Source: Solirubrobacteraceae bacterium
GTDB lineage: Bacteria > Actinomycetota > Thermoleophilia > Solirubrobacterales > Solirubrobacteraceae
Direction: 5' to 3'
Length of the DNA stretch: 64,000 nt
NCBI GenBank assembly: GCA_025934395.1
Contig: JAICYC010000002.1
Span: 8,420 to 72,419 of the forward strand
Positions 52,547 through 59,539 of this stretch are shown one piece after another (position 1 is the stretch's first letter; each line of letters starts with the position of its first letter). The notes beneath the pieces were generated by a model. That model saw only the letters and a list, made by a program, of their open reading frames with translations. It did no database searches and had not been told where the DNA came from. Position numbers and translations under genes: made by a program.

Positions 52547-53292
52547 CCCACCGTGACCGCGACGGGGAACGCGGGGACCATCCCGGCGCGCGTGGCGCTC
52601 ACGCGGTAGCGGCCGGGCGTGGAGGGCGCGAGGAGCGTCGCGCGGCCGTTGGCCGCGGTGGTGGCGCGCCGCCCGCCGAGCGAGACGGTCGCGCCGGCGA
52701 CCGGCCGGCCGCGGCCTTCGTTGTCGTAGCCGTAGACCGTCGCGCTGAGCGGTCGCCCGCGACGGGCGTTCGGCGCTGACACTTCGAGCGTGCGCTCACA
52801 GCCGCCCGCGGATGCTTCGCACCAGAACCACAGCACCCGCGCACCGGGATACAGCAGGCGCCCGTTGCCCTTCGAGCCGGTCGGATCGCCCGCGCCGGTG
52901 CTGCCCGCTGCACCCCCCACCTTGTACTCCCAGCCGTTCTGCCCGCGATTGCGCTCGCCGCCGAGCGTGTACACGAACAGCTCGGCGGCGCTCGCGGTCG
53001 AGGCACCACAGTGGCCGTAGTCGCGGAGGGCGAACGCGGGGCCGCCGGTGGCGCGCAGGTCGGCGAGGACCGCGAGCGGCGTGGCTGCGGCGACCGAGCA
53101 GCTGCGCCCCGACACGCTGACGGTGGCCGCCGACGCGGCGATCGTGCGGGCGGGCGCGAAGATCGCACCGCCGCGGCCGACCACCATCACCTGCACGGCG
53201 GGCACCGAGGCGGCGGGGGCAGGCGCGGGCACGAGCACGAGCACGCCCGCAAGCGCCGCGATCGTCCCCGCACAGACCTTTCGGGCGGTCAT
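52543..53292 (-). CDS. exported DUF4430-domain protein with a C-terminal Ig-like/CarboxypepD_reg-like domain
   Basis: 249 aa with a signal peptide. Block TPLAVLADLRATGGPAFALRDYG......FVYTLGGERNRGQNGWEYKVGG...LLYPGARVLWFW. C-terminal GATVSLGGRRATTAANGRATLLAPSTPGRYRVSATRAG. Confidence 0.7.
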   Translation of the reverse strand: MTARKVCAGTIAALAGVLVLVPAPAPAASVPAVQVMVVGRGGAIFAPARTIAASAATVSVSGRSCSVAAATPLAVLADLRATGGPAFALRDYGHCGASTASAAELFVYTLGGERNRGQNGWEYKVGGAAGSTGAGDPTGSKGNGRLLYPGARVLWFWCEASAGGCERTLEVSAPNARRGRPLSATVYGYDNEGRGRPVAGATVSLGGRRATTAANGRATLLAPSTPGRYRVSATRAGMVPAFPVAVTVG

Positions 53293-53296
53293 CGGA

Positions 53297-54484
53297 TTAC
53301 CGGACGTAGAACACGACGCGGGAGGTGCCGCGCGCGAGCGTCGTGTGGTTCCCGGCGCTGTCGCCCGCCGTGACGTCGAGCACGTAGCGGCCGGGCTTCA
53401 GCGCGGAGGGCAGCAGGTAGGAGAAGGTGCCGCTGCTCGCCACCGGGAAAGTGCTGCCGCGCCCGCAGCGGATGCGCACGAAGCGGGCGCTGGTCGCATC
53501 GAAGGTCCAGCAGCGGCCTCGATGGCTGCGCCGCAGCTCGAGGCTCACCGAGGTGACCGGGCTGTGCGTGAGGATCGTGCCCGCGAGCAGGCGCGGCGCC
53601 CCGCCACGGCTGTACACGCGCCCGTTGGCGGGGCCGCTCACGTTCGCCACGAGCGCATAGGGCCCGGTGTACGCCTTGCCCGATGCCCCCCCGAGCACAC
53701 CGTTCGCGGTGCCGGAACCCGTGCGGGCGCCCGAGCCCCCCGCCGCGGTGCCGCAGTTGCCGTCGCTGCCGTTGTGGACGCAGACCGTGAACGGACGCGA
53801 CGGCGCATCGCCCGCCCGGGTCACGCGCAGCGTGACCGTGCCGGTGCCGGTGAGCGTGAGCGTCGCCACGCCGCTCGCGGCGGTGGACGCGCTCGCACCC
53901 CCGCCCGACACGGTCGCCCCCGCGATCGGGGCGGGCGTTCCCTGACCCGCTTCCGCGAACGCTTCCGGCGCGGTGTGCACCGCGCTCACCGCAACGTTGA
54001 ACGGCGAGCCCGCCTGGACCACCGCGGGCGCTTCGGTGACGACGAGCGGCAGCACCGTCGGGGCGAAGAACGGTTCGGGCTCGTGGTCGGCGACCATCAG
54101 CACTTCGTCGCCTTCGCTGAGCATGTCGGTGCAGATCCCCCCGCCCCATTTGTAGTTGACCCACTCCGCCCACGTGTCCGATTCGTGCGCGAATTCGTGC
54201 GTCTCGCCGAGCAGCGTCTGGGTGAAGTCGCCGCCCGCGCCGAACGCCTCGCCGTGGTCCCAGTTGCCGGCCGCCGCGAGGTTGATCGCAGCAGCGACGC
54301 TGTTCGCGGGACAGCCGCTGACGGGCTCGGGTTCATTGAGCGTCACGGTCGTGGCGGGCAGCAGCGTCGCCGCTTCGCCCTCGACGCGAACCGTCACGGT
54401 CGGACCGGCGAGGGCGCTGGACGCGAACAGCGCGAGCACGACGACAGCGACGCACAGCGCCAGAGAGGAGGTCCTTGCAGTCAT
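53297..54484 (-). CDS. exported protein: N-terminal DUF4430-like domain plus two Ig-like beta-sandwich regions
   Basis: Start at ATG 54484 (MTARTSSLALCVAVVVLALFASSALA is a signal peptide), 395 aa. Block VTVRVEGEAATLL...NSVAAAINLA...GDFTQTLLGE...TWAEWVNYKWGGGICTDMLSEGDEVLMV. First gene after the riboswitch. Confidence 0.7.
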   Translation of the reverse strand: MTARTSSLALCVAVVVLALFASSALAGPTVTVRVEGEAATLLPATTVTLNEPEPVSGCPANSVAAAINLAAAGNWDHGEAFGAGGDFTQTLLGETHEFAHESDTWAEWVNYKWGGGICTDMLSEGDEVLMVADHEPEPFFAPTVLPLVVTEAPAVVQAGSPFNVAVSAVHTAPEAFAEAGQGTPAPIAGATVSGGGASASTAASGVATLTLTGTGTVTLRVTRAGDAPSRPFTVCVHNGSDGNCGTAAGGSGARTGSGTANGVLGGASGKAYTGPYALVANVSGPANGRVYSRGGAPRLLAGTILTHSPVTSVSLELRRSHRGRCWTFDATSARFVRIRCGRGSTFPVASSGTFSYLLPSALKPGRYVLDVTAGDSAGNHTTLARGTSRVVFYVR

Positions 54485-54522
54485 GTGAGCCAACCCCTTT
54501 CCACGAGGGTCTTGTGGGCTTG

Positions 54523-54686
54523 GGTCGGAGGCAGGTCTCCTGGCTCCCGGGCCTACCCTCCGCGCCTTCCCGCTCCGTCGTGGACGGATCAGTGGCCGCG
54601 CACCTGCGGTGCGCATGCGTCTGGCATCCCCGGTCACAGTGGCGGGTCCGCGCCGGATTTGCACCGGCTTCCCTACGCCACCGACC
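54523..54686 (-). promoter_or_regulatory. cobalamin (adenosylcobalamin) riboswitch aptamer
   Basis: Minus strand reads GGTCGG-TGGCGTAGGGAAGCCGGTGCAAATCCGGCGCGGACCCGCCACTGTGACCGGGGA...GCGGCCACTGATCC...GAGCGGGAAGGCGCGG...GGGAGCCAGGAGACCTGCCT-CCGACC. It contains the conserved GGGAA/GGTG.AA.TCC/CCCGC.ACTGT core, GCCACTG, GGGAAGGC and the B12 box AGCCAGGAGACCTGCC. P1 is GGTCGG/CCGACC. It ends 38 nt before the ATG at 54484. Confidence 0.92.
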
Positions 54687-54702
54687 TAGAACTGGCGGGA
54701 TT

Positions 54703-55074
54703 CTACCCGGCGGGCTCGCGCGACGACGCTCGGCGAGCGCCAGGAGAGCGCGTAGCGGACGCCTCCACGGTCGCCTTCAGGCGCGCGAGTCGCGTGTCCC
54801 ACGTGTGCTGCGTCTCGGTCAGCCAGCTCGCCGCCGGCACGAGCGCCCGCTCGCGCAGCCGGTAGCGGACCTCGCGGCCGGGGCCCGGCGCGCGTTCGAT
54901 CAGGCCCGCGCCGTCGAGGGTCGCGAGATGCTTGGCGACCGCCTGGCGGGAGATGGGCAGCGCGGCGGTGAGCGCCGGCACGCTGGTCGTGCCGTCGCGC
55001 AGGAGAGCCTGCACCATCGTCCGCCGCGTGGGGTCCGCGAGCGCAGCGAACACCGGCCCGATCGGATCGCTCAA
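54703..55074 (-). CDS. ArsR/SmtB-family transcriptional regulator
   Basis: Start chosen at TTG 55074 (TTGA overlap with the upstream stop), 123 aa. FAALADPTRRTMVQALLRDGTTSVPALTAALPISRQAVAKHLATLDGAGLI is a wHTH. Confidence 0.8.
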   Translation of the reverse strand: MSDPIGPVFAALADPTRRTMVQALLRDGTTSVPALTAALPISRQAVAKHLATLDGAGLIERAPGPGREVRYRLRERALVPAASWLTETQHTWDTRLARLKATVEASATRSPGARRASSREPAG

Positions 55075-55367
55075 GCTGCCACCATCGCGAACGACGCCGA
55101 CAGCGACGCGAGCGGCAGTGCGGGCTCGGTCTCGGTGACGATCACGCGCGATCCCGCGGGCACCGAAACGATCCGGAAGTCCACCGTGGAGGTCACGCCG
55201 TCGTCGTCCCGCCAATGCCATACGAGACGGTGGTGGGGCTCGAAGCTCTCGATCTCGACCGCAGGCGCGTCGTCGCCGAGCCACCGGCCTCTCCCCTCCT
55301 CCGTCACGAGCGCATCCCACACGTCCTCGGGCGGCGCGTCGATGTCCACTTCGCGAACCACACCCAT
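55071..55367 (-). CDS. SRPBCC (AHSA1/START-like) domain protein
   Basis: MGVVREVDIDAPPEDVWDAL... Start moved to the second ATG (55367) because AAGGAG directly abuts the first ATG (55373) and is 6 nt from the second. Confidence 0.7.
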   Translation of the reverse strand: MGVVREVDIDAPPEDVWDALVTEEGRGRWLGDDAPAVEIESFEPHHRLVWHWRDDDGVTSTVDFRIVSVPAGSRVIVTETEPALPLASLSASFAMVAA

Positions 55368-55380
55368 ATTCATCTCCTTT

Positions 55381-55427
55381 TGACAACCGATTGGTTGCTA
55401 TCGTTCTGTGACAACCATCTAGTTGTC
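55381..55427. promoter_or_regulatory. two palindromic operator-like sites sharing TGACAACC, in the divergent SRPBCC-arsR / clpP intergenic region
   Basis: CAACC-GATT-GGTTG (55384-55397) and GACAAC-CATCTA-GTTGTC (55410-55427). The direct repeat TGACAACC occurs at 55381 and 55409, 28 bp apart. The region is locally AT-richer. Confidence 0.5.
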
Positions 55428-55441
55428 GAAAGGATAGCGCC

Positions 55442-56080
55442 ATGCCCCTGATTCCGATGGTCGTCGAGCAGAGCGCGCGCGGCGAGCGCTCGTTCGACAT
55501 CTACTCCCGCCTGCTGAACGAGCGGATCGTGTTCATCGGCACCCCCGTCGACGACCAGGTCGCCAACCTCGTCGTCGCGCAGCTGCTGCACCTCGAGAGC
55601 GAGGACCCCGAGAAGGACGTCTCCCTGTACATCAACTCGCCCGGTGGAGTCGTGTACTCGGGGCTCGCGATCTACGACACCATGCAGTTCATCAAGCCCG
55701 ACGTGCAGACGATCTGCTTCGGCGTCGCAATGAGCATGGGGTCGCTGCTGCTCGCCGGAGGCGCCGCAGGCAAGCGCGCCGCGCTGCCCAACAGCCGCAT
55801 CCTCATCCACCAGCCCTCAGGCGGCTTCGAGGGCCAGGCCGCCGATATCGAGATCCACGCGCGCGAGACGCTCGAGCTGCGCCGCCACATCGACGAGATC
55901 TACGCGCGCCACACCGGGCAGTCGCTCGAACGCGTTCACGACGACATGGATCGTGACCGCTACTTCACCGCCGAGCAGGCGCGGGAGTACGGGCTGGTCG
56001 ATCGCGTGATCAGCGCGCACGAGGTCGTGCGGACGGCTACGGGGTTCAGGCCCGCACCCGCGACGGCCTCGGTGCAGTAG
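55442..56080 (+). CDS. clpP: ATP-dependent Clp protease proteolytic subunit
   Basis: 212 aa. [18 protein letters not shown], catalytic Ser in GVAMSMGS, His in ILIHQPSGG, Asp in [17 protein letters not shown] upstream. Confidence 0.95.
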   Translation: MPLIPMVVEQSARGERSFDIYSRLLNERIVFIGTPVDDQVANLVVAQLLHLESEDPEKDVSLYINSPGGVVYSGLAIYDTMQFIKPDVQTICFGVAMSMGSLLLAGGAAGKRAALPNSRILIHQPSGGFEGQAADIEIHARETLELRRHIDEIYARHTGQSLERVHDDMDRDRYFTAEQAREYGLVDRVISAHEVVRTATGFRPAPATASVQ

Positions 56081-56180
56081 CCGGCGAGCGGTGCCGGACG
56101 GGCGGCAGCGAGCGGACGGGCGGGCGGGGCGCGGCGCGGCAGTGCAGACTATCGTCAGACGAGGTTCGCGCCGATAAACT

Positions 56181-56194
56181 GTCGTGATCACGAC
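56181..56194. promoter_or_regulatory. 14-bp perfect palindrome GTCGTGATCACGAC upstream of the antitoxin gene (candidate TA autoregulatory operator)
   Basis: Lies 22 nt upstream of ATG 56216 and overlaps the spacer and -35 position of the TAGGAT -10 candidate. Confidence 0.5.
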
Positions 56195-56203
56195 GAGCGC
56201 TGT

Positions 56204-56209
56204 TAGGAT
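56204..56209 (+). promoter_or_regulatory. candidate -10 hexamer TAGGAT, 6 nt upstream of the antitoxin ATG (possible leaderless mRNA)
   Basis: TAGGAT-ACGAGC-ATG. No SD. Confidence 0.35.
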
Positions 56210-56215
56210 ACGAGC

Positions 56216-56554
56216 ATGAGCCTTGCCTTTGCCGAAGAGGCGATCCACATCCGTGACACGGGACATCTGTCGGACCGGGAGATCGCGCGTGCCACCGGCG
56301 CCGCTCCGAGCACCGTGCGCGAATGGCTCTCGCGGCGCAGCTCACCGAGCGGCGCACGGGCCGAGCGGGTCGCCGAGCTGTCATCGATCGTCGAACGGCT
56401 CGCGCTGGTTCTGCGGCCGAGCTACATCCCGGTGTGGATGAACAAGCCGATCCCCGCGCTCGATGACGACAAGCCGATCGACCGGATCGCCCAGGGCGAC
56501 TACCGAGCGGTTGCCCAACTCATCTCGGGCCTAGAGGACCCGGGCGCAACCTGA
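56216..56554 (+). CDS. Xre-like/DUF2384 antitoxin (MbcA/ParS type)
   Basis: 112 aa. HTH DREIARATGAAPSTVREWL, then a C-terminal DUF2384-like block WMNKPIPALDDDKPIDRI. Immediately precedes a RES-domain gene. Confidence 0.8.
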   Translation: MSLAFAEEAIHIRDTGHLSDREIARATGAAPSTVREWLSRRSSPSGARAERVAELSSIVERLALVLRPSYIPVWMNKPIPALDDDKPIDRIAQGDYRAVAQLISGLEDPGAT

Positions 56555-56555
56555 C

Positions 56556-57083
56556 GTGGCGCTCGACCTGCCCGCGATCCATGTTCGCGGGCGGCGTTGG
56601 GTCAGACACGCGGTGCCTGGCGCCGCAGCGCTGCCGGTGCGGGAACCGCCACCCGACAACCGCTGGCAGCGAGGAGCGGCCGTGGACGCCCTGTACCTCG
56701 CGGACAGCGAGGCAACGCTGTGGGCCGAGTGGTACCGCCACCTCGCCGAGCGTGCTGTTCCACCGCTCGCGCAGATGCCGCGTGCGCCGTGGACCTGGCT
56801 CGTCGACGTCGAGGTGGCCGACCTCTCCACGGCTGAGCGCCTCTCCACCGCATCGCTGATGCCACCCACGCCGGGGCAAGCGAGCTGGCGGCCCTATCAG
56901 CGCGTCGGAGAGCGGCTTGCGCGCGAGGGCTGGATCGGGCTCCTCGCACCGAGCGCTGCTCACCCGGCCGGGCGGGTCCTCTGTCTGTTTCGGGAGGGCA
57001 GCACAGTGCGCGGAGCGTCGCCAGTGGGCCGTCCGCGCACGATCAAAGCCCCTCCCGCGCCGCCGAGGGGACTCCGCACCTGA
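56556..57083 (+). CDS. RES-domain toxin (MbcT/ParT type NAD+-targeting enzyme family)
   Basis: 175 aa, GTG start 1 nt after the antitoxin stop. R..E..S contexts DNRWQRG, YLADSEATLWAEW and LLAPSAAHP. Confidence 0.8.
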   Translation: MALDLPAIHVRGRRWVRHAVPGAAALPVREPPPDNRWQRGAAVDALYLADSEATLWAEWYRHLAERAVPPLAQMPRAPWTWLVDVEVADLSTAERLSTASLMPPTPGQASWRPYQRVGERLAREGWIGLLAPSAAHPAGRVLCLFREGSTVRGASPVGRPRTIKAPPAPPRGLRT

Positions 57084-57096
57084 GGCGGCCACACCG

Positions 57097-58344
57097 CTAG
57101 GCGCCGACGGCGGCGAGATCTGCGTCGCCGTCGGCGAGCTTCGCCCGGTCCTGCTCCCCCAACGCGGCGCCCGAGGTCATCAGCCGTCGCGCGTGCTCCA
57201 GGTCGTCTGAGCGCCCCACCGTGAGCGCGGCCTTCAGCATCCCGCCGCTCAGGTACCAACGCGTGAAGGACCCGTCCTGGTGGGTGCCGCGCAGGATCTC
57301 CTCATCCCAGTCGTAGGCGGGGCCGACGTACTCCAGTTCGCCCCAGTCTGCGAGCACGGAGTAGAAGTACGGCACCGTTTCGTGCGGCACGTCGCGACCG
57401 AGCATGTTGAGCGCAGCGGTCTTGCCGTGGTTGAACGCCACGTCCCAGTGCTCGATGCGGACGTGGGCGCCACCGTGCACCGGCGACTCGTACTCGCAGA
57501 TGTCGCCCGCCGCAAAGACGTTCTCCGCTGACGCCCGCAGGCGCGAGTCACAGCGCACTCCCCCGCGCTCGCCGATCTCGAGGCCCGCGCGCTGCGCGAG
57601 CCCCACGTCGGGCGTCACGCCGGCCCCGACCACCACCGCGTCCGCCTTCAGCTCGTGGCCGTTGCGGGTCACGACCGCTGACACGCTGCCGTTGCCGTCG
57701 AACCGCTCGAGCTCGTCCTCCGCGTAGAAGGTCACGCCGTGCTCCTCCAGCTGGCCGCGGAAGAACTCACCCGCGGCGGAGCCGAAGCTGCGTTCGAACG
57801 GCTGCTTCTCCTGCATCACCACCGAGCAGCGCTTGCCGAGCTTCGCGAGCGACGCGGCCACCTCGCAGCCGATGTAGGAGCCGCCGATCAGCACCACCTC
57901 CTGCGCGTCCTTCACGCCCTCGCGGATCGCATCCGCGTTGCCCAGCGTACGGAGGTAGTGGATCTGCTGCAGATCGCAGCCCTCCACGTTCAGGCGACGC
58001 ACGTTCGCGCCCGTCGCGAGCAGCAGCTTGCCGAACCCCACCTCCTCCTTCGTGGAGAGCTTCGCCGTACGCGCGTCGAGGTCCACCGCGGTCACGCTCG
58101 TGCGGGTCAGCAGCTCGATGCGCTGCTCGTCCCACCACTCGTTCGGCCGGAAGAACGCCTCCTCGCGCTGCTCCTCACCGCGGAGGTAGCCCTTGGAGCA
58201 CTCCGGGCGGTTGTACGGCGGGTCGGGCTCGCGGCCCACCACGAGGATGTCGCCGTCCGCTCCTTCCTCGCGCAGCCAGCGGGCGCAGTTGCCGCACGCG
58301 AGGCCACCTCCGATGAGCAGGAAATCGACGCTGCGGTCGGCCAT
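57097..58344 (-). CDS. FAD-dependent pyridine nucleotide-disulfide oxidoreductase (ferredoxin/rubredoxin reductase-like)
   Basis: 415 aa. FLLIGGGLACG, VVLIGGSYIGCEVA, AAGDIC, plus a reductase C-terminal dimerisation domain. Confidence 0.85.
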   Translation of the reverse strand: MADRSVDFLLIGGGLACGNCARWLREEGADGDILVVGREPDPPYNRPECSKGYLRGEEQREEAFFRPNEWWDEQRIELLTRTSVTAVDLDARTAKLSTKEEVGFGKLLLATGANVRRLNVEGCDLQQIHYLRTLGNADAIREGVKDAQEVVLIGGSYIGCEVAASLAKLGKRCSVVMQEKQPFERSFGSAAGEFFRGQLEEHGVTFYAEDELERFDGNGSVSAVVTRNGHELKADAVVVGAGVTPDVGLAQRAGLEIGERGGVRCDSRLRASAENVFAAGDICEYESPVHGGAHVRIEHWDVAFNHGKTAALNMLGRDVPHETVPYFYSVLADWGELEYVGPAYDWDEEILRGTHQDGSFTRWYLSGGMLKAALTVGRSDDLEHARRLMTSGAALGEQDRAKLADGDADLAAVGA

Positions 58345-58392
58345 GGCTTGACCCTACCCGCCTTGGGCCCTCTTCGCGCAGCACCCCGCCCG

Positions 58393-59487
58393 TCACAGGC
58401 CGGGAGGATGGCGCACCGACCACCGAGCCCACGTGGGGATCCCGTCGAGCACACGCCACCGCGGGCCGTCTTCGGTGCGGTTCGGGCCCACGTCGGTTCC
58501 GTTGTGGCTCGTGTCCAGCCTCAGGCCCGCGATCACGACGAACACATGCGGCGTGGGAGCGTCGGCGGCGTAGATCGTCACCCATCGGCCGGGCCCGGGG
58601 GCGCCCCAGTGGACGTAGTCCTGCGCGAGCGGATTGTCTCGGAGTATTTCCGAGATCGGCCTGAGGCCGGCGCGGTAGAGCACGTAGCTCACCGTGCTCG
58701 AGCAATCCTCTTCGGACGCACCCCGCGGGTCGGGGTGCCCGCCCGGGCCGTACCGAAGCGACTGCAGCTCGTTGCCCGCAACGACCATCGCCTGCACGAC
58801 CGAGGGCACCCCCGCCGGAACCATCGCCACGTGGCCGTCACCCGGCGCGAGCGCTGCACGTTCGCCCGCCACGAACTCCACCGGCGAGCTCGTCGCACCC
58901 GCGAACGCGTCGCTCCCCGCCGCCGTCGGCGCTCGCGCCGCCGCAGACGAGGTGTACCTGGCGGCCCACGCTTCAACCTCTTCCGCGTACCACGTCGCGT
59001 GGTTGTAGGCGAGCAACGCAGCGCGGTCGTCCCGGGGCGCGCCGGATGCGTGCAGGTAGCGCGCGGCCCCGTAGATCGCGTCCGCGGGATCCCAGCGGTC
59101 GGCCCTGCCGTCACCGTCGCCATCGATCCCGTACCGCGCCCACGTGCTCGCGAGGAACTGCATCGGACCGCCCGCACCGGCGCCGTTGACCGCGCCCTCC
59201 TGCGTGCACGACGGGTCGGGGTCGCGGCCGTGGTCGCACTCGACCTTGCCCACGCCCGCCAGCAGCGCCCAGCTGATCCCGAAACGCGTGGCGGCGCTGC
59301 GGTACAGAGCCTGGTACTCAGGCGGTATGTCCGACAGCGCAAGTCGCGAGGGGCTCGGCGCACCTGGATCGGACGGCGACTGCGTGCCGATCGACCCCGC
59401 CACAGCAACGAGCGCTCCCGCGAGCAACGCTGCCACGCAGATCATCGTGCCGAGGACCAGCGGGCCGACCACGCCCAGCGCGGGCAC
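58393..59487 (-). CDS. cell-wall hydrolase: TM anchor, SLT-type lytic transglycosylase domain and NlpC/P60-like Cys peptidase domain
   Basis: Start tentatively at GTG 59487 (VPALGVVGPLVLGTMICVAALLAG); upstream alternatives would overlap the preceding gene. SLT block WALLAGVGKVECDHG...GPMQFL...AIYGAARYL. Peptidase block EEDCSSTVSYVLYRAG...HVFVVIAG. Confidence 0.75.
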   Translation of the reverse strand: MPALGVVGPLVLGTMICVAALLAGALVAVAGSIGTQSPSDPGAPSPSRLALSDIPPEYQALYRSAATRFGISWALLAGVGKVECDHGRDPDPSCTQEGAVNGAGAGGPMQFLASTWARYGIDGDGDGRADRWDPADAIYGAARYLHASGAPRDDRAALLAYNHATWYAEEVEAWAARYTSSAAARAPTAAGSDAFAGATSSPVEFVAGERAALAPGDGHVAMVPAGVPSVVQAMVVAGNELQSLRYGPGGHPDPRGASEEDCSSTVSYVLYRAGLRPISEILRDNPLAQDYVHWGAPGPGRWVTIYAADAPTPHVFVVIAGLRLDTSHNGTDVGPNRTEDGPRWRVLDGIPTWARWSVRHPPGL

Positions 59488-59539
59488 CCCCGGCGCACCA
59501 GCCGCGAGCGTCAGCCGCCTGCTCGTCGGCGCGGGGTGC

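Noticed and set aside
55442-56080. ClpP as a prophage or ICE head-maturation (ClpP-like S14) protease
   Set aside because: Its length (212 aa), the canonical N-terminal axial-loop sequence and the housekeeping-type Ser/His/Asp contexts match cellular ClpP. No capsid or portal genes are nearby.
56081-56215. tRNA gene or att site marking the left end of the conjugative element
   Set aside because: No cloverleaf-compatible sequence (no GTTC-type T-loop or acceptor pairing) was seen here or in the other short spacers up to 58392. I could not find a matching direct repeat within the window. The boundary is left open.
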